DNA of 36,488 bases from an uncultured Planctomycetales bacterium. Its GTDB lineage: Bacteria > Omnitrophota > Gorgyraeia > Zapsychrales > Zapsychraceae. Under the pieces are notes generated by a model, which did not search any database, was not told the origin of the DNA, and saw only the letters and a list, made by a program, of their open reading frames with translations. A program made the position numbers and the translations under genes. The stretch lies in the NCBI GenBank assembly GCA_964541845.1, contig CAZIRV010000004.1, forward strand, positions 1-36,488, written 5' to 3'. Positions 12,243 through 21,347 of this stretch are shown here, one piece after another. The number at the start of each line of letters is the position of its first letter. Position 1 is the first letter of the stretch.

Positions 12243-12680
12243 ATGTTCTACGGTGAATATCAACACGGGTTAGATAAAAAAGGCAGAATCGTCTTGCCAT
12301 CAAAGTTCCGGGAGGTTTGTAAAGAATACAAAATCGACCGTTTTTTTTTAACTCGTGGGTTAGATAAATGTATTTTTATGTTTAGTGAAGAGGAATGGCG
12401 TGTTCAGGAACAGAAGTTTAAAAGCAAGCCTTTTACCAAGAAGGAAACGCGCAGTTTTAACCGGATATTTTTCTCAGGAGCCGTTGATGTTGTTCCCGAT
12501 AAGCAAGGGCGCTTTATCGTCCCACAATATTTGAAAGATTACACGGGAATTAAAGATGAGACGACTTTAATAGGGGTTTCGAATCGTATTGAAATTTGGG
12601 ATCGTACAAGCTGGAATAATTTTTACACAAACTCTACAGAGTCATTTGAGCAAATAGCAGAAAATATGTTGGAATTATAA
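12243..12680 (+). CDS. mraZ: Division/cell wall cluster transcriptional repressor MraZ
   Basis: Two DxxGR motifs (DKKGR, DKQGR) and RIEIWD. Confidence 0.96.
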   Translation: MFYGEYQHGLDKKGRIVLPSKFREVCKEYKIDRFFLTRGLDKCIFMFSEEEWRVQEQKFKSKPFTKKETRSFNRIFFSGAVDVVPDKQGRFIVPQYLKDYTGIKDETTLIGVSNRIEIWDRTSWNNFYTNSTESFEQIAENMLEL

Positions 12681-12692
12681 TGTTGCATAGTC

Positions 12693-13631
12693 ATGATTTG
12701 CCGATTAAATAAAGAAAAAATAATTGAGGAAAATGTTAAAAGTTCGATGATTCATGTGCCTGTTATGCTTGAGGAAGTTATGGCATATCTTCAACCTAAA
12801 GATAATGGTGTTTTTATCGATGGGACATTGGGGATGGGAGGGCACGCCAAGGCGATTCTTGAGAAATTAGGTTCCGGAGGAAGGTTAATTGGATTTGATA
12901 AGGACATGCAAGCATTATCTATAGCACGAAAAAACCTTAAAGATTTTACAGAGCGGTGTGAGTTTATTCATAGTGATTATCGTTATATGGATCAGGTGTG
13001 TCAGGATTTAAATATTTTTAATGTTGATGGGATTCTTTTGGATATTGGGATCTCCAGTTTTCAAATGGATGATGGTCAGAGGGGTTTTAGTATAAAAGAA
13101 GACGGGCCTTTGGATATGCGTATGGATCAGGATAATCCAATTTCAGCTTATGATTTGGTTAATTCTTTGTCAGAAAAAGAAATTTCATCCATTTTAAAAG
13201 ATTATGGAGAAGAGCGCTGGCATCATTCAATCGCGCGTCATATTGTGGGAGAACGCTTAAAAAAACCTATTGAGACAACGAAAGAACTGGAGCGTGTTAT
13301 ATTTAAGTCAATTCCCCGTCGAAGAAATTGGCAAAAAATTCATCCGGCAACAAGAACGTTTCAGGCCTTTCGGATTGCCGTGAATCGGGAATTAGAATCT
13401 TTGGAATTGGTTTTAGACAGGTGTGTGCAGTTATTAAAGCCGACGGGGCGTTTGGGTGTGATTGCTTTTCATTCATTGGAAGACCGGATTGTGAAACATA
13501 GATTTCGTGCTTTTGCGCGTGAAAATCAAGTGAGGTTGGTTTTCAAAAAACCTTTACGTTCAACAGAAGAAGAAAATAAAAAAAATTATCGGGCACGGAG
13601 TGCCCGTTTTAGAGTTATTGAAAGGATATAG
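12693..13631 (+). CDS. rsmH: 16S rRNA m4C1402 methyltransferase RsmH
   Basis: HVPVM, DGTLGMGGHA, PLDMRMD, HPATRTFQA and FHSLEDR. The true start may be a downstream ATG (about 12747). Confidence 0.96.
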   Translation: MICRLNKEKIIEENVKSSMIHVPVMLEEVMAYLQPKDNGVFIDGTLGMGGHAKAILEKLGSGGRLIGFDKDMQALSIARKNLKDFTERCEFIHSDYRYMDQVCQDLNIFNVDGILLDIGISSFQMDDGQRGFSIKEDGPLDMRMDQDNPISAYDLVNSLSEKEISSILKDYGEERWHHSIARHIVGERLKKPIETTKELERVIFKSIPRRRNWQKIHPATRTFQAFRIAVNRELESLELVLDRCVQLLKPTGRLGVIAFHSLEDRIVKHRFRAFARENQVRLVFKKPLRSTEEENKKNYRARSARFRVIERI

Positions 13632-14009
13632 ATGAAACTTAAACAGTTTTTTCAATGTACTGCTATCGCAACAGTATCAGCATTAGCCTATACTTCTATG
13701 CAGATGCAGATCATCAGTCTGGCCTATCAAAATACCCGGGAAGAAAAGCAAATTCGAAGTCTTATCGAGGAGAATGGACGTACTGCGTATTCTATTTTTT
13801 CTTTAAAGTCAGCGAATCATATCGGAGTGAAAATGTTAACAGACAGTTCGGGCATGCAGTTTGCCGACAATGTTGTCCAGGTGTCTTTTTTGGAAAACGA
13901 TTTTGACACGCGGGGGTCGGTTGAGCCAAATAAGATTGCAAAAGCAATAGCCCCTTTATTAAGTCTATTAACATCAAGTTCTCAGGCAGAGGCGCGAACG
14001 CGGGAGTAA
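13632..14009 (+). CDS. FtsL-like bitopic cell division protein
   Basis: Occupies the ftsL position between rsmH and ftsI. One N-terminal hydrophobic segment is followed by a short coiled coil. Confidence 0.55.
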   Translation: MKLKQFFQCTAIATVSALAYTSMQMQIISLAYQNTREEKQIRSLIEENGRTAYSIFSLKSANHIGVKMLTDSSGMQFADNVVQVSFLENDFDTRGSVEPNKIAKAIAPLLSLLTSSSQAEARTRE

Positions 14010-14015
14010 ATAGGT

Positions 14016-15689
14016 GTGCATGTTCGTAAATATTCTCTTCGGTTTATTTTTGTCTTCTCTTCGCTTATTGTTTTTCTCATTGTTTTTGCGGTTAAGCTAG
14101 TCCTTATTCAGGTTTTTCAATTTTCTTATTTATCATCCCTCGCCGATAAACAACATAAACAGCTTATTACAATTGAGCCGATACGCGGGAGTATTTATGA
14201 TCGTAATTTGCGTCCTATGGCGTTTAATGTTGCTGTTTATTCTCTTTTTGCTAATCCAAAGGCCATGACCGATTCCGATAAACAACAGGCTACAGACATT
14301 CTTTCCTCTGTGTTGGGAATAGATTCTTCCCTAATTCAGGAGCGTTTAAATAAGAAGAAATATTTTGTGTGGATCAAGCGGAAACTTTCTAAAGACATCG
14401 TCGATAAAATAAAAGGAGCAAAAATAAAAGGATTGGGATTCCGTAAAGAAAGTAAACGGTATTATCCTAACGGAAATTTAGCCGCGCATATTATTGGGTT
14501 TGCGGGGACTGATAATAAGGGGTTGGAGGGGCTTGAATTATTTTATAACCGTGAGTTAGAGGGCAAGCAAGGGCATATGCAAATTTTACGTGATGCTCGT
14601 CAGAGAGAGCTCATGTTGGGGGGGGCTTTTTCTCCGCCCAAAAATGGATTTCATCTTGTTTTAACTATTGATGAGACCATTCAGTATATTGCTGAAAAAG
14701 CATTAGATAAAGCGTATAAAAAATATAATGCCAAATCGGGAAGTATTATTGTGGTGGATATTGAAACAGGAGAAATACTTGCCTTAGCGAATCGTCCAAC
14801 CTATGATTTATCATTAGCCGCCTCAAGCCGCCTGGGAGAGAGAACTAATCGTGCTGTGAGTTATGTTTATGAACCAGGTTCTGTCTTTAAAATTGTTACA
14901 GCAGCGGCCGCTTTGGAGGAAGAAAAGTTTATTGAAAGTGACATAATTTTTTGTGAGAATGGTCAATACAGAGTTGGTAATCATATTTTGCATGATCATC
15001 GTCCGCATGGCAGATTAACTTTTCAGGAGGTTTTTGAAGTTTCCAGTAATATCGGCGTTACAAAAATAGCACAGGCTTTAGGTCCGCGTATGATTTATAA
15101 ATATGCGCGAAGGTTTCGTTTTGGGATTTTAACGGGAATTAATTTAAAAGGGGAAGTAAAAGGATTATTAAAACCTCCTTCTCAATGGTCAAAGACGTCT
15201 ATAGGCGCGATTCCCATTGGGCATGAAGTGACCGTAACGCCTTTGCAATTAGTATACGCGATGGCATCTATTGCGAATAATGGCATTTATATGAAGCCAT
15301 ATGTGGTGAAATATATCAAGGATGATAAAGGTCAGATTATTAAATCTTTTGAGCCTCAGGTTGTTGATCGCGTTATTAGTCGAGATACGGCGCAGCGGGT
15401 AACCAAAATTTTAATAGGGGTGGTTGATCGTGGAACAGCCCCTCGGGCACAGATTAAAGGGGTCAAAGTCGCGGGAAAAACAGGGACAGCACAGAAGGTT
15501 GTAGACGGCAAGTATTCTCATAAAGCGTTTTACGCGAGTTTCATGGGGTTTGCGCCGGCCGATGCCCCACGCCTTGCCATCATAGTTGTTTTTGATGACC
15601 CTTCTCCAAGTTATTTCGGAGGAACCGTTGCCGCTCCTGTTTTTAAAGAAGTTATGGAAAACGCGTTAAAATATCTAGGATCTCAATAA
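14016..15689 (+). CDS. ftsI: Class B penicillin-binding protein (FtsI/PBP3)
   Basis: RGSIYDRN, RYYP, GLEGLE, EPGSVFK (SxxK), SSN and KTGTAQ motifs, in dcw position. Confidence 0.92.
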   Translation: MHVRKYSLRFIFVFSSLIVFLIVFAVKLVLIQVFQFSYLSSLADKQHKQLITIEPIRGSIYDRNLRPMAFNVAVYSLFANPKAMTDSDKQQATDILSSVLGIDSSLIQERLNKKKYFVWIKRKLSKDIVDKIKGAKIKGLGFRKESKRYYPNGNLAAHIIGFAGTDNKGLEGLELFYNRELEGKQGHMQILRDARQRELMLGGAFSPPKNGFHLVLTIDETIQYIAEKALDKAYKKYNAKSGSIIVVDIETGEILALANRPTYDLSLAASSRLGERTNRAVSYVYEPGSVFKIVTAAAALEEEKFIESDIIFCENGQYRVGNHILHDHRPHGRLTFQEVFEVSSNIGVTKIAQALGPRMIYKYARRFRFGILTGINLKGEVKGLLKPPSQWSKTSIGAIPIGHEVTVTPLQLVYAMASIANNGIYMKPYVVKYIKDDKGQIIKSFEPQVVDRVISRDTAQRVTKILIGVVDRGTAPRAQIKGVKVAGKTGTAQKVVDGKYSHKAFYASFMGFAPADAPRLAIIVVFDDPSPSYFGGTVAAPVFKEVMENALKYLGSQ

Positions 15690-15696
15690 TTTTTTT

Positions 15697-15830
15697 CTTA
15701 CCTCTTTGCCTTCGGCAAAGGTCCTCTCCCGAAGGAGAGGGGAAATCGTTGGTTCGCAGAGGGAAGGGTTTTGAGTGGGTAATTTTTATCTCCCTTCGGG
15801 AGAGGGTCTCTGCCGTAGGCAAGAAGTGAG
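15697..15830. repeat. Composite CCTCTCCC-type inverted repeat element
   Basis: Arms 15697-15738 and 15789-15830 are imperfect reverse complements, and each contains sub-hairpins (CTTTGCC-TTC-GGCAAAG; CCTCTCC-CGAA-GGAGAGG). Related to 24527-24554. Confidence 0.75.
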
Positions 15831-15837
15831 GGTATGT

Positions 15838-17280
15838 GTGAATTTACAAAAATTATTAAAAAATATTTATTCAAAATCAATTCCAGACGTTTTTAAAGAT
15901 TTGGAAATTAAGGCAATCCATTGTGATTCCAGAAAAGTTGAACAGGGCAGTTTATTTGTGGCTTGTCAGGGGCGGGAGTGTGATGGAGAGGATTTTATAG
16001 AGGAGGCTATTAAAAAAGGCGCGGGGGTAATCTTCAGTAGAAAAAAATATGAAAATCTTTTAGTGTGCTGTTTGTCTGTTGAGGATACGCATCAATTTTT
16101 ACGTAATGTGACAAAACATTTTTATGGAGACTTCTCCAAAAAAATAGGCTCCATTGGGATTACCGGCACCAATGGGAAAACAACGGTGTGTTATTTGCTG
16201 GATTCTATTTTAGCGGAAAATAAAAAACAGTGTGGTATTATTGGAACCATTCATCATCGTATTGGAAAAAATATTTTTGTTGCACAAAATACAACTCCTG
16301 GGTTTTTAGAGAATCAAAAATTTTTAGCGTCCATGATTGAAGAAAATATGGACTATAGTTTGATGGAGGTGTCCTCCCACGCCTTAGATCAAGGACGGGT
16401 TGACGGAATTGATTTTCGGCAAGGAATTTTTACCAACTTGACAGATGAGCATCTGGATTACCATCAGACAAAAGAAGATTATTTTTTTGCTAAATCACAT
16501 TTGTTTACAGGGCTTTCTCACACAGCGACAGCCATTATGAATATTGATGATGAACATGGAAAACGTATGATTAATAAAATTGTGGGGAACGTAATGACCT
16601 ATGGCATAAAAAATCGAGCGGATGTTATGGCTAAAAATATTCAGAGTAGCATTGAAGAAACGCTATTTATTTTAACTTCTTCTTCGGGCGAAATAGAGAT
16701 TCAAACTTCGTTAATCGGATTGTATAACGTTTATAATATTCTTGCCGCGGCAGCTTCATCTTTAGCCGAGGGAGTCGACTTAGAGATTATTCAAAAAGGA
16801 ATAAAGAATCTTGCCTGTGTTCCCGGAAGACTGGAAAGGGTAGATTTTTCGCAGCCCTATACAATATTTATTGACTACGCGCATACGGAAGATGCCTTAG
16901 CTAATGTTTTGCAGTCCATTAAACGCGTAAGCGCATCCAGGATTATTCTTGTCTTTGGTTGTGGCGGAGATCGTGATAAAACCAAAAGAGCCCCTATGGG
17001 GCACGTGGCCGAGCAATTAGCAGATGTCGCTATTATCACAAGTGATAATCCTCGAGGAGAAAAACCACAAGTGATTATTGAAGAAATTATCCAGGGGTTT
17101 GAGAAAGACAATTATTGTATTATAGAAAATCGTGAAAAGGCGATCAAAAAGGCATTAGATATGGCAGAAAAGGACGATATTGTTCTTATTACCGGAAAAG
17201 GGCATGAATCTTATCAAGTGATAGGAAATCAAAAAATTCCTTTTAATGAAAGGGCAATCATAAAGCAATGTTTACGTTAG
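15838..17280 (+). CDS. murE: UDP-MurNAc-Ala-Glu--meso-DAP ligase MurE
   Basis: GITGTNGKTT, MEVSSHAL, DYAHT, FGCGGDRD, DNPR (DAP-type) and GKGHE motifs. Start moved to GTG 15838 because the upstream codons are repeat-derived. Confidence 0.95.
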   Translation: MNLQKLLKNIYSKSIPDVFKDLEIKAIHCDSRKVEQGSLFVACQGRECDGEDFIEEAIKKGAGVIFSRKKYENLLVCCLSVEDTHQFLRNVTKHFYGDFSKKIGSIGITGTNGKTTVCYLLDSILAENKKQCGIIGTIHHRIGKNIFVAQNTTPGFLENQKFLASMIEENMDYSLMEVSSHALDQGRVDGIDFRQGIFTNLTDEHLDYHQTKEDYFFAKSHLFTGLSHTATAIMNIDDEHGKRMINKIVGNVMTYGIKNRADVMAKNIQSSIEETLFILTSSSGEIEIQTSLIGLYNVYNILAAAASSLAEGVDLEIIQKGIKNLACVPGRLERVDFSQPYTIFIDYAHTEDALANVLQSIKRVSASRIILVFGCGGDRDKTKRAPMGHVAEQLADVAIITSDNPRGEKPQVIIEEIIQGFEKDNYCIIENREKAIKKALDMAEKDDIVLITGKGHESYQVIGNQKIPFNERAIIKQCLR

Positions 17281-18674
17281 AAGAAATTAAGAAGGCCGTT
17301 GGCAAGAGACCTTGCCGGGAAGACGCATCCGTAAAGATAACCGGCGTATCAATTAATTCCCGAACACTTAAAAAGGGAAATGTTTTTATTGCCATTAAAG
17401 GCGAAAAGTTTGATGGGCATGATTTCATAAAAGAAGCCCTAAAAAAAGGAGCAGCCGTTATCGTTTCAAACCCAAACAAACACCGGGTGTTTGTTTGGGT
17501 CAAGGATGAAAACCCAAACAAACACCCGGTGTTTGTTTGGGTTAAGGACACGACGAAGGCATTGGGGCAGATTGCGGCTTGGCATCGGAGGAGATTTAAT
17601 GTCCCGGTGATTGCGGTTACGGGAAGCACGGGCAAGACAACCACAAAGGACATGATAGCGGCTATATTGAAGACAAAATATAAAGTGCTTAAGAATTTTA
17701 AAACAGAGAATAATCATTATGGGGTTCCTTTAACGCTTTTGCAATTAAACGCGTCATACCAAATGGTTGTGCTTGAATTTGGAACAAATCAAAAGGGGGA
17801 TATAGAGTGGATCGGTAAGATTGCCTGCCCCACAATAGTTGTATTTACTAATGTTGGTCATTCTCATTTGCAAGGGTTAAAAACACCGTCTGGAGTTTTT
17901 TGTGAAAAATTTCAACTGGTTAAACACATGGCGCTAAATGGCCACATTATTTTTAATAAAGATGATTATTATTTAAAAGCAATTGAGATGAAGAAAATTT
18001 CACAAAGAAAAATAAGTTACGCGGTTGTATCTAAAGCGGATTATCAGATTAATGAAATTGTAGATAGGAATAACAAATCCATTAGTTTTAAGTTTAAAAG
18101 AAAAATATTTTCTTTAAAAACTCCGGTAGAACACAATATTTACAATGCATTGGCGGCCGTTTGTTGTGGAGTAATAAATAAAATTAACTATAATAATATT
18201 GTTAAAAGTCTTTCCATGTTCAAATTTTCCGGAGGACGGCAGGAGATTAAGCGGGTTGGAAAATTTTGGGTTATTGATGATACATATAATGCTAACCCTG
18301 TTTCTTTTATGAGCGCCATTCAAACATTAGAGAATTTTCAAACAAAAGGGCAAAGAATAGCGGTGTGTGCCGATATGGCTGAACTGGGGGAACAATCCAG
18401 GGATCTGCATCAAGAAGTGGGGGAAAAAATAGCAGAGGCCAATATTGATGTGGTTATGACTTTAGGAGAGGATGCCCGGTTTATCGCGCAAGCGGTTAAA
18501 AAATTTAATAAACACATTAAAACATTTCATTGCACACAAATTCATACCATTTATCGAAATTTACAAAAAATCCTTAAACCGAAAGATATTGTTTTGGTAA
18601 AAGGCTCACGTTGTATGCGCATGGAGCGTGTGGTGGAATATATCGTAGGGACAGGTTCCAAACCTGACCAATAA
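17268..18674 (+). CDS. murF: UDP-MurNAc-tripeptide--D-Ala-D-Ala ligase MurF
   Basis: AVTGSTGKTTTK, DDTYNANPVS, MAELG and VKGSR motifs. Confidence 0.95.
   Translation: MFTLEEIKKAVGKRPCREDASVKITGVSINSRTLKKGNVFIAIKGEKFDGHDFIKEALKKGAAVIVSNPNKHRVFVWVKDENPNKHPVFVWVKDTTKALGQIAAWHRRRFNVPVIAVTGSTGKTTTKDMIAAILKTKYKVLKNFKTENNHYGVPLTLLQLNASYQMVVLEFGTNQKGDIEWIGKIACPTIVVFTNVGHSHLQGLKTPSGVFCEKFQLVKHMALNGHIIFNKDDYYLKAIEMKKISQRKISYAVVSKADYQINEIVDRNNKSISFKFKRKIFSLKTPVEHNIYNALAAVCCGVINKINYNNIVKSLSMFKFSGGRQEIKRVGKFWVIDDTYNANPVSFMSAIQTLENFQTKGQRIAVCADMAELGEQSRDLHQEVGEKIAEANIDVVMTLGEDARFIAQAVKKFNKHIKTFHCTQIHTIYRNLQKILKPKDIVLVKGSRCMRMERVVEYIVGTGSKPDQ
17470..17543. repeat. Tandem pair of near-perfect palindromes in frame within murF
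   Basis: ACCCAAACAAACACC-N-GGTGTTTGTTTGGGT occurs twice with a 42-bp period and encodes NPNKH(R/P)VFVWVKD twice. Confidence 0.9.
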
Positions 18675-18700
18675 ATTGACGCATTAGGGCGGGTTTGGAA
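18645..18700. repeat. GTAG-type REP doublet (second unit truncated) overlapping the murF 3' end
   Basis: GTAGGGACAGGTTCCAAACCTGACC...GGGCGGGTTTGGAA, colinear with 21277-21343. Confidence 0.8.
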
Positions 18701-18717
18701 AGAAAAGTAAATTAATC

Positions 18718-19803
18718 ATGTTTTATTATTTATCACAATTTCGCGAAGTTTTTTCAGGATTTAACCTTTTTCGGTATATTACTTTTCGTGCGGGCATGGC
18801 CGCTGTAACCACATTTTTGTTATGTGTTGTTTTTGCACCTTTTTTTATTCAACAATTAAAAAATCTTAAAATAAAAGAAATCGCTAAGAGGGCCGATTGC
18901 CCCGATCTTGATCAATTTCAGCATTCTAAAGAAGGAACCCCCACGATGGGAGGGGTTTTTATTGTTGGAAGCATTTTAGTGTCTGTTTTATTGTGGGCAG
19001 ACTTGTCTAATCGGTATATTTTATTGGCGATTCTAACATGCCTTTGGTTGGCTGTATTAGGCTTTATTGATGATTATGTAAAGTTGACTGTTAAAGGAAA
19101 ACGTGGATTAAACAAACGCACGAAGTTGATTTGGGAAATCATGTTGGGATTTTTTGTTGGTTCCTATGTGTATTTTAATCCGGATACATCCACCCAATTA
19201 GCTGTTCCTTTTTTAAAAAATACCCTTATTGATTTTGGTTTTTTTTATATCATATTGGTGGCTCTTATTGTTATCGGAACGTCTAACGCGGTTAATCTTA
19301 CCGATGGGTTGGATGGTTTGGCCATAGGATGTGTTTTGATTGTGAGTTTAACGTTGGCCGTCTTGAGTTATATTACAGGGCATTTTGTTATTAGTAATTA
19401 CCTTTTTATTCCTTATGTTTCCGGAGCTGGAGAGCTTGCCATATTTTGTTCAGCCATTATGGGGGCCAGTCTGGGATTTTTATGGTTTAATTGTTACCCG
19501 GCAACGGTGTTTATGGGAGATGTGGGGTCTCTTTCTTTGGGAGGAACTTTAGGTGTCATTGCCGTTATGATTAAGAAGGAATTACTTTTGGTTATTATTG
19601 GAGGCGTTTTCGTTATCGAGGCGTTATCTGTCATTTTACAGGTAGGATCATTTAAAATACGTGGGAAACGCATATTTAAAATGGCTCCTCTTCATCACCA
19701 TCTTCAATTATCCGGCTGGAACGAGTCCAAGATTATTATTCGATTTTGGATTTTAGCCATTATCCTGGCAATGGTCGCGTTGACAACGTTGAAGATAAGG
19801 TAA
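18718..19803 (+). CDS. mraY: Phospho-N-acetylmuramoyl-pentapeptide transferase MraY
   Basis: GTPTMGG, GFIDDY, NAVNLTDGLDGL, FMGDVGS and MAPLHHH motifs. Confidence 0.97.
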   Translation: MFYYLSQFREVFSGFNLFRYITFRAGMAAVTTFLLCVVFAPFFIQQLKNLKIKEIAKRADCPDLDQFQHSKEGTPTMGGVFIVGSILVSVLLWADLSNRYILLAILTCLWLAVLGFIDDYVKLTVKGKRGLNKRTKLIWEIMLGFFVGSYVYFNPDTSTQLAVPFLKNTLIDFGFFYIILVALIVIGTSNAVNLTDGLDGLAIGCVLIVSLTLAVLSYITGHFVISNYLFIPYVSGAGELAIFCSAIMGASLGFLWFNCYPATVFMGDVGSLSLGGTLGVIAVMIKKELLLVIIGGVFVIEALSVILQVGSFKIRGKRIFKMAPLHHHLQLSGWNESKIIIRFWILAIILAMVALTTLKIR

Positions 19804-20023
19804 CTGTTCACGGCATATCCCCCTTTCGGGCATAAATTTGACTGTATAACCAAAATTTATGTTTTAATTAAGAGATTGGCTAAAAAAATTGTTCTGCCAA
19901 TCTTTAAACCGGGTTTAAGTCCCCGAGGCTTGCCTCGTTTGTAAATGTTTAGGTCAATACCTCGAGGGCTTGCTCCGAGGTAGTTTATTTTATGTTCGAA
20001 AGGGACATGCCATGAACGGTTAC
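19800..20023. mobile_element. MITE family C with 8-bp target duplication and nested family E element
   Basis: GTAACTGTTCACGGCAT...ATGCCATGAACGGTTAC, with AAGATAAG at 19792-19799 and 20024-20031. Supplies the mraY TAA. Confidence 0.87.
19868..19988 (+). mobile_element. Family E: TIR-less hairpin element, probable non-autonomous IS200/IS605 derivative
   Basis: Closely similar to 29004-29123. It has three hairpins, ends in GAGGTAGTTTAT, follows TTTAA and shows no target duplication. Confidence 0.7.
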
Positions 20024-20041
20024 AAGATAAGATAAGGCTTT

Positions 20042-21280
20042 ATGAACCTCTCTCAAAAAATTATCACAATTTTTGGCGCTCAGCGCAGTGGGCAAGCATT
20101 GGCACGGCTTGTCGTTCAGCTTAAAGGGCAAGTTAAAATTTCTGAATATGGGCCTCCGGACAGCATTTCTGAAGGATTTCGTCAATGGGTTGACGATCAT
20201 AAAATTGCGATAGAGTTTAATGGGCATACAAAAGAATTTATAGAAGGAAGTGATGCGGTTGTATTAAGTCCGGGCGTACACTTTGACGCGCCACCGATTC
20301 AATGGGCCGAAGAACAGGGAATTCCTGTTAGTGGAGAAATAGAGTTTAGCGCACAATTTTGTTCTAAGCCTATTATTGCGATAACGGGAACAAACGGGAA
20401 AACAACAGTATCAACACTTACTCATCAGGTTTTAGAATCCGCAGGATATAAGACGGTGTTATGTGGCAATATTGGAAAACCTTTCGCAGAGTATGTCCTG
20501 GATTTAGAAGATAAAGATTTTGTTGTTCTGGAAGTAAGTTCTTTTCAGTTGGAATCCACCTATGCATTTTGTCCGCATATCGCAGTCTGGTTAAATTTTA
20601 CACAGAATCACCTTGATCGGCATAGAGATATGCAGGAATATTTTGAAGCGAAAGAAAAAATTTTTGCTAATCAAACTTTCGATGATTTTGCAGTTCTAAA
20701 CTCCAACAACGAGCGAATGTGCAAACTTAGGATGCGTTCTAAAGTTTGTTATTTTAATGAATCAAATGGGCATACAGAAAATCAGGCTGCTGTTTTGATG
20801 GTGGCACGAATTTTGGAAATCAAGGAAGAGATTTGCAAAAAAGTGTTTCAAAGTTTTAAAGGAATTGAACATCGTTTAGAATGGGTGAAGGCGTTGAATG
20901 GCGTGGATTTTATTAATGATTCTAAAGCGACAACCGTAGAATCCGGCCGATGGGCATTAACCCATACGCCAGGTCCTGTGCTTATGATTTGTGGGGGAAA
21001 AGATAAAAACAGTGATTTTTTTCCCTTAGTAGAAACTGTTCATAAACAGGTTAAGAAAATGTTTGTGATAGGCGAAGCCAAAGAAAAATTGTGTAAGGCA
21101 TTTGAGCAAGTTGTGCCAATAGAATGTTGTTCCGATCTTCAGGAGTCTGTGCTTAAGGCTAAAGAACGGTCTGTTTCAGGAGATACCATTCTTTTCAGTC
21201 CCCTATGTGCCAGTTTTGATATGTTCGCCAATTTTGAAGAACGGGGAAAGAAATTTAAAGAGATCGTTAATGGTTTGTAG
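20042..21280 (+). CDS. murD: UDP-MurNAc-Ala--D-Glu ligase MurD
   Basis: VLSPGV, AITGTNGKTT, LEVSSFQL, HLDRH, NDSKAT and SPLCASFD motifs. Confidence 0.95.
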   Translation: MNLSQKIITIFGAQRSGQALARLVVQLKGQVKISEYGPPDSISEGFRQWVDDHKIAIEFNGHTKEFIEGSDAVVLSPGVHFDAPPIQWAEEQGIPVSGEIEFSAQFCSKPIIAITGTNGKTTVSTLTHQVLESAGYKTVLCGNIGKPFAEYVLDLEDKDFVVLEVSSFQLESTYAFCPHIAVWLNFTQNHLDRHRDMQEYFEAKEKIFANQTFDDFAVLNSNNERMCKLRMRSKVCYFNESNGHTENQAAVLMVARILEIKEEICKKVFQSFKGIEHRLEWVKALNGVDFINDSKATTVESGRWALTHTPGPVLMICGGKDKNSDFFPLVETVHKQVKKMFVIGEAKEKLCKAFEQVVPIECCSDLQESVLKAKERSVSGDTILFSPLCASFDMFANFEERGKKFKEIVNGL

Positions 21281-21343
21281 GGACAGGTTCTAAACCTGTC
21301 CGATAAATTAACGCACGCGGGAGTGTTTGGAACCCGCCCGTAT
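21277..21343. repeat. GTAG-type REP inverted doublet (REPIN-like)
   Basis: GTAGGGACAGGTTCTAAACCTGTCCG, a spacer, then GGGAGTGTTTGGAACCCGCCCGTAT. Its TAG is the murD stop. Confidence 0.8.
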
Positions 21344-21347
21344 GAAA

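Noticed and set aside
15775-15837. N-terminal extension of MurE in the ORF track (likewise 24463-24573 for MurC)
   Set aside because: These codons are translated repeat DNA. Family homology starts at GTG 15838 and ATG 24574.
17470-17543. Palindromic repeats of 31-33 bp as a mini CRISPR array
   Set aside because: There are only two units with a gap of about 10 bp, they are in frame within murF, and no cas genes or leader are present.
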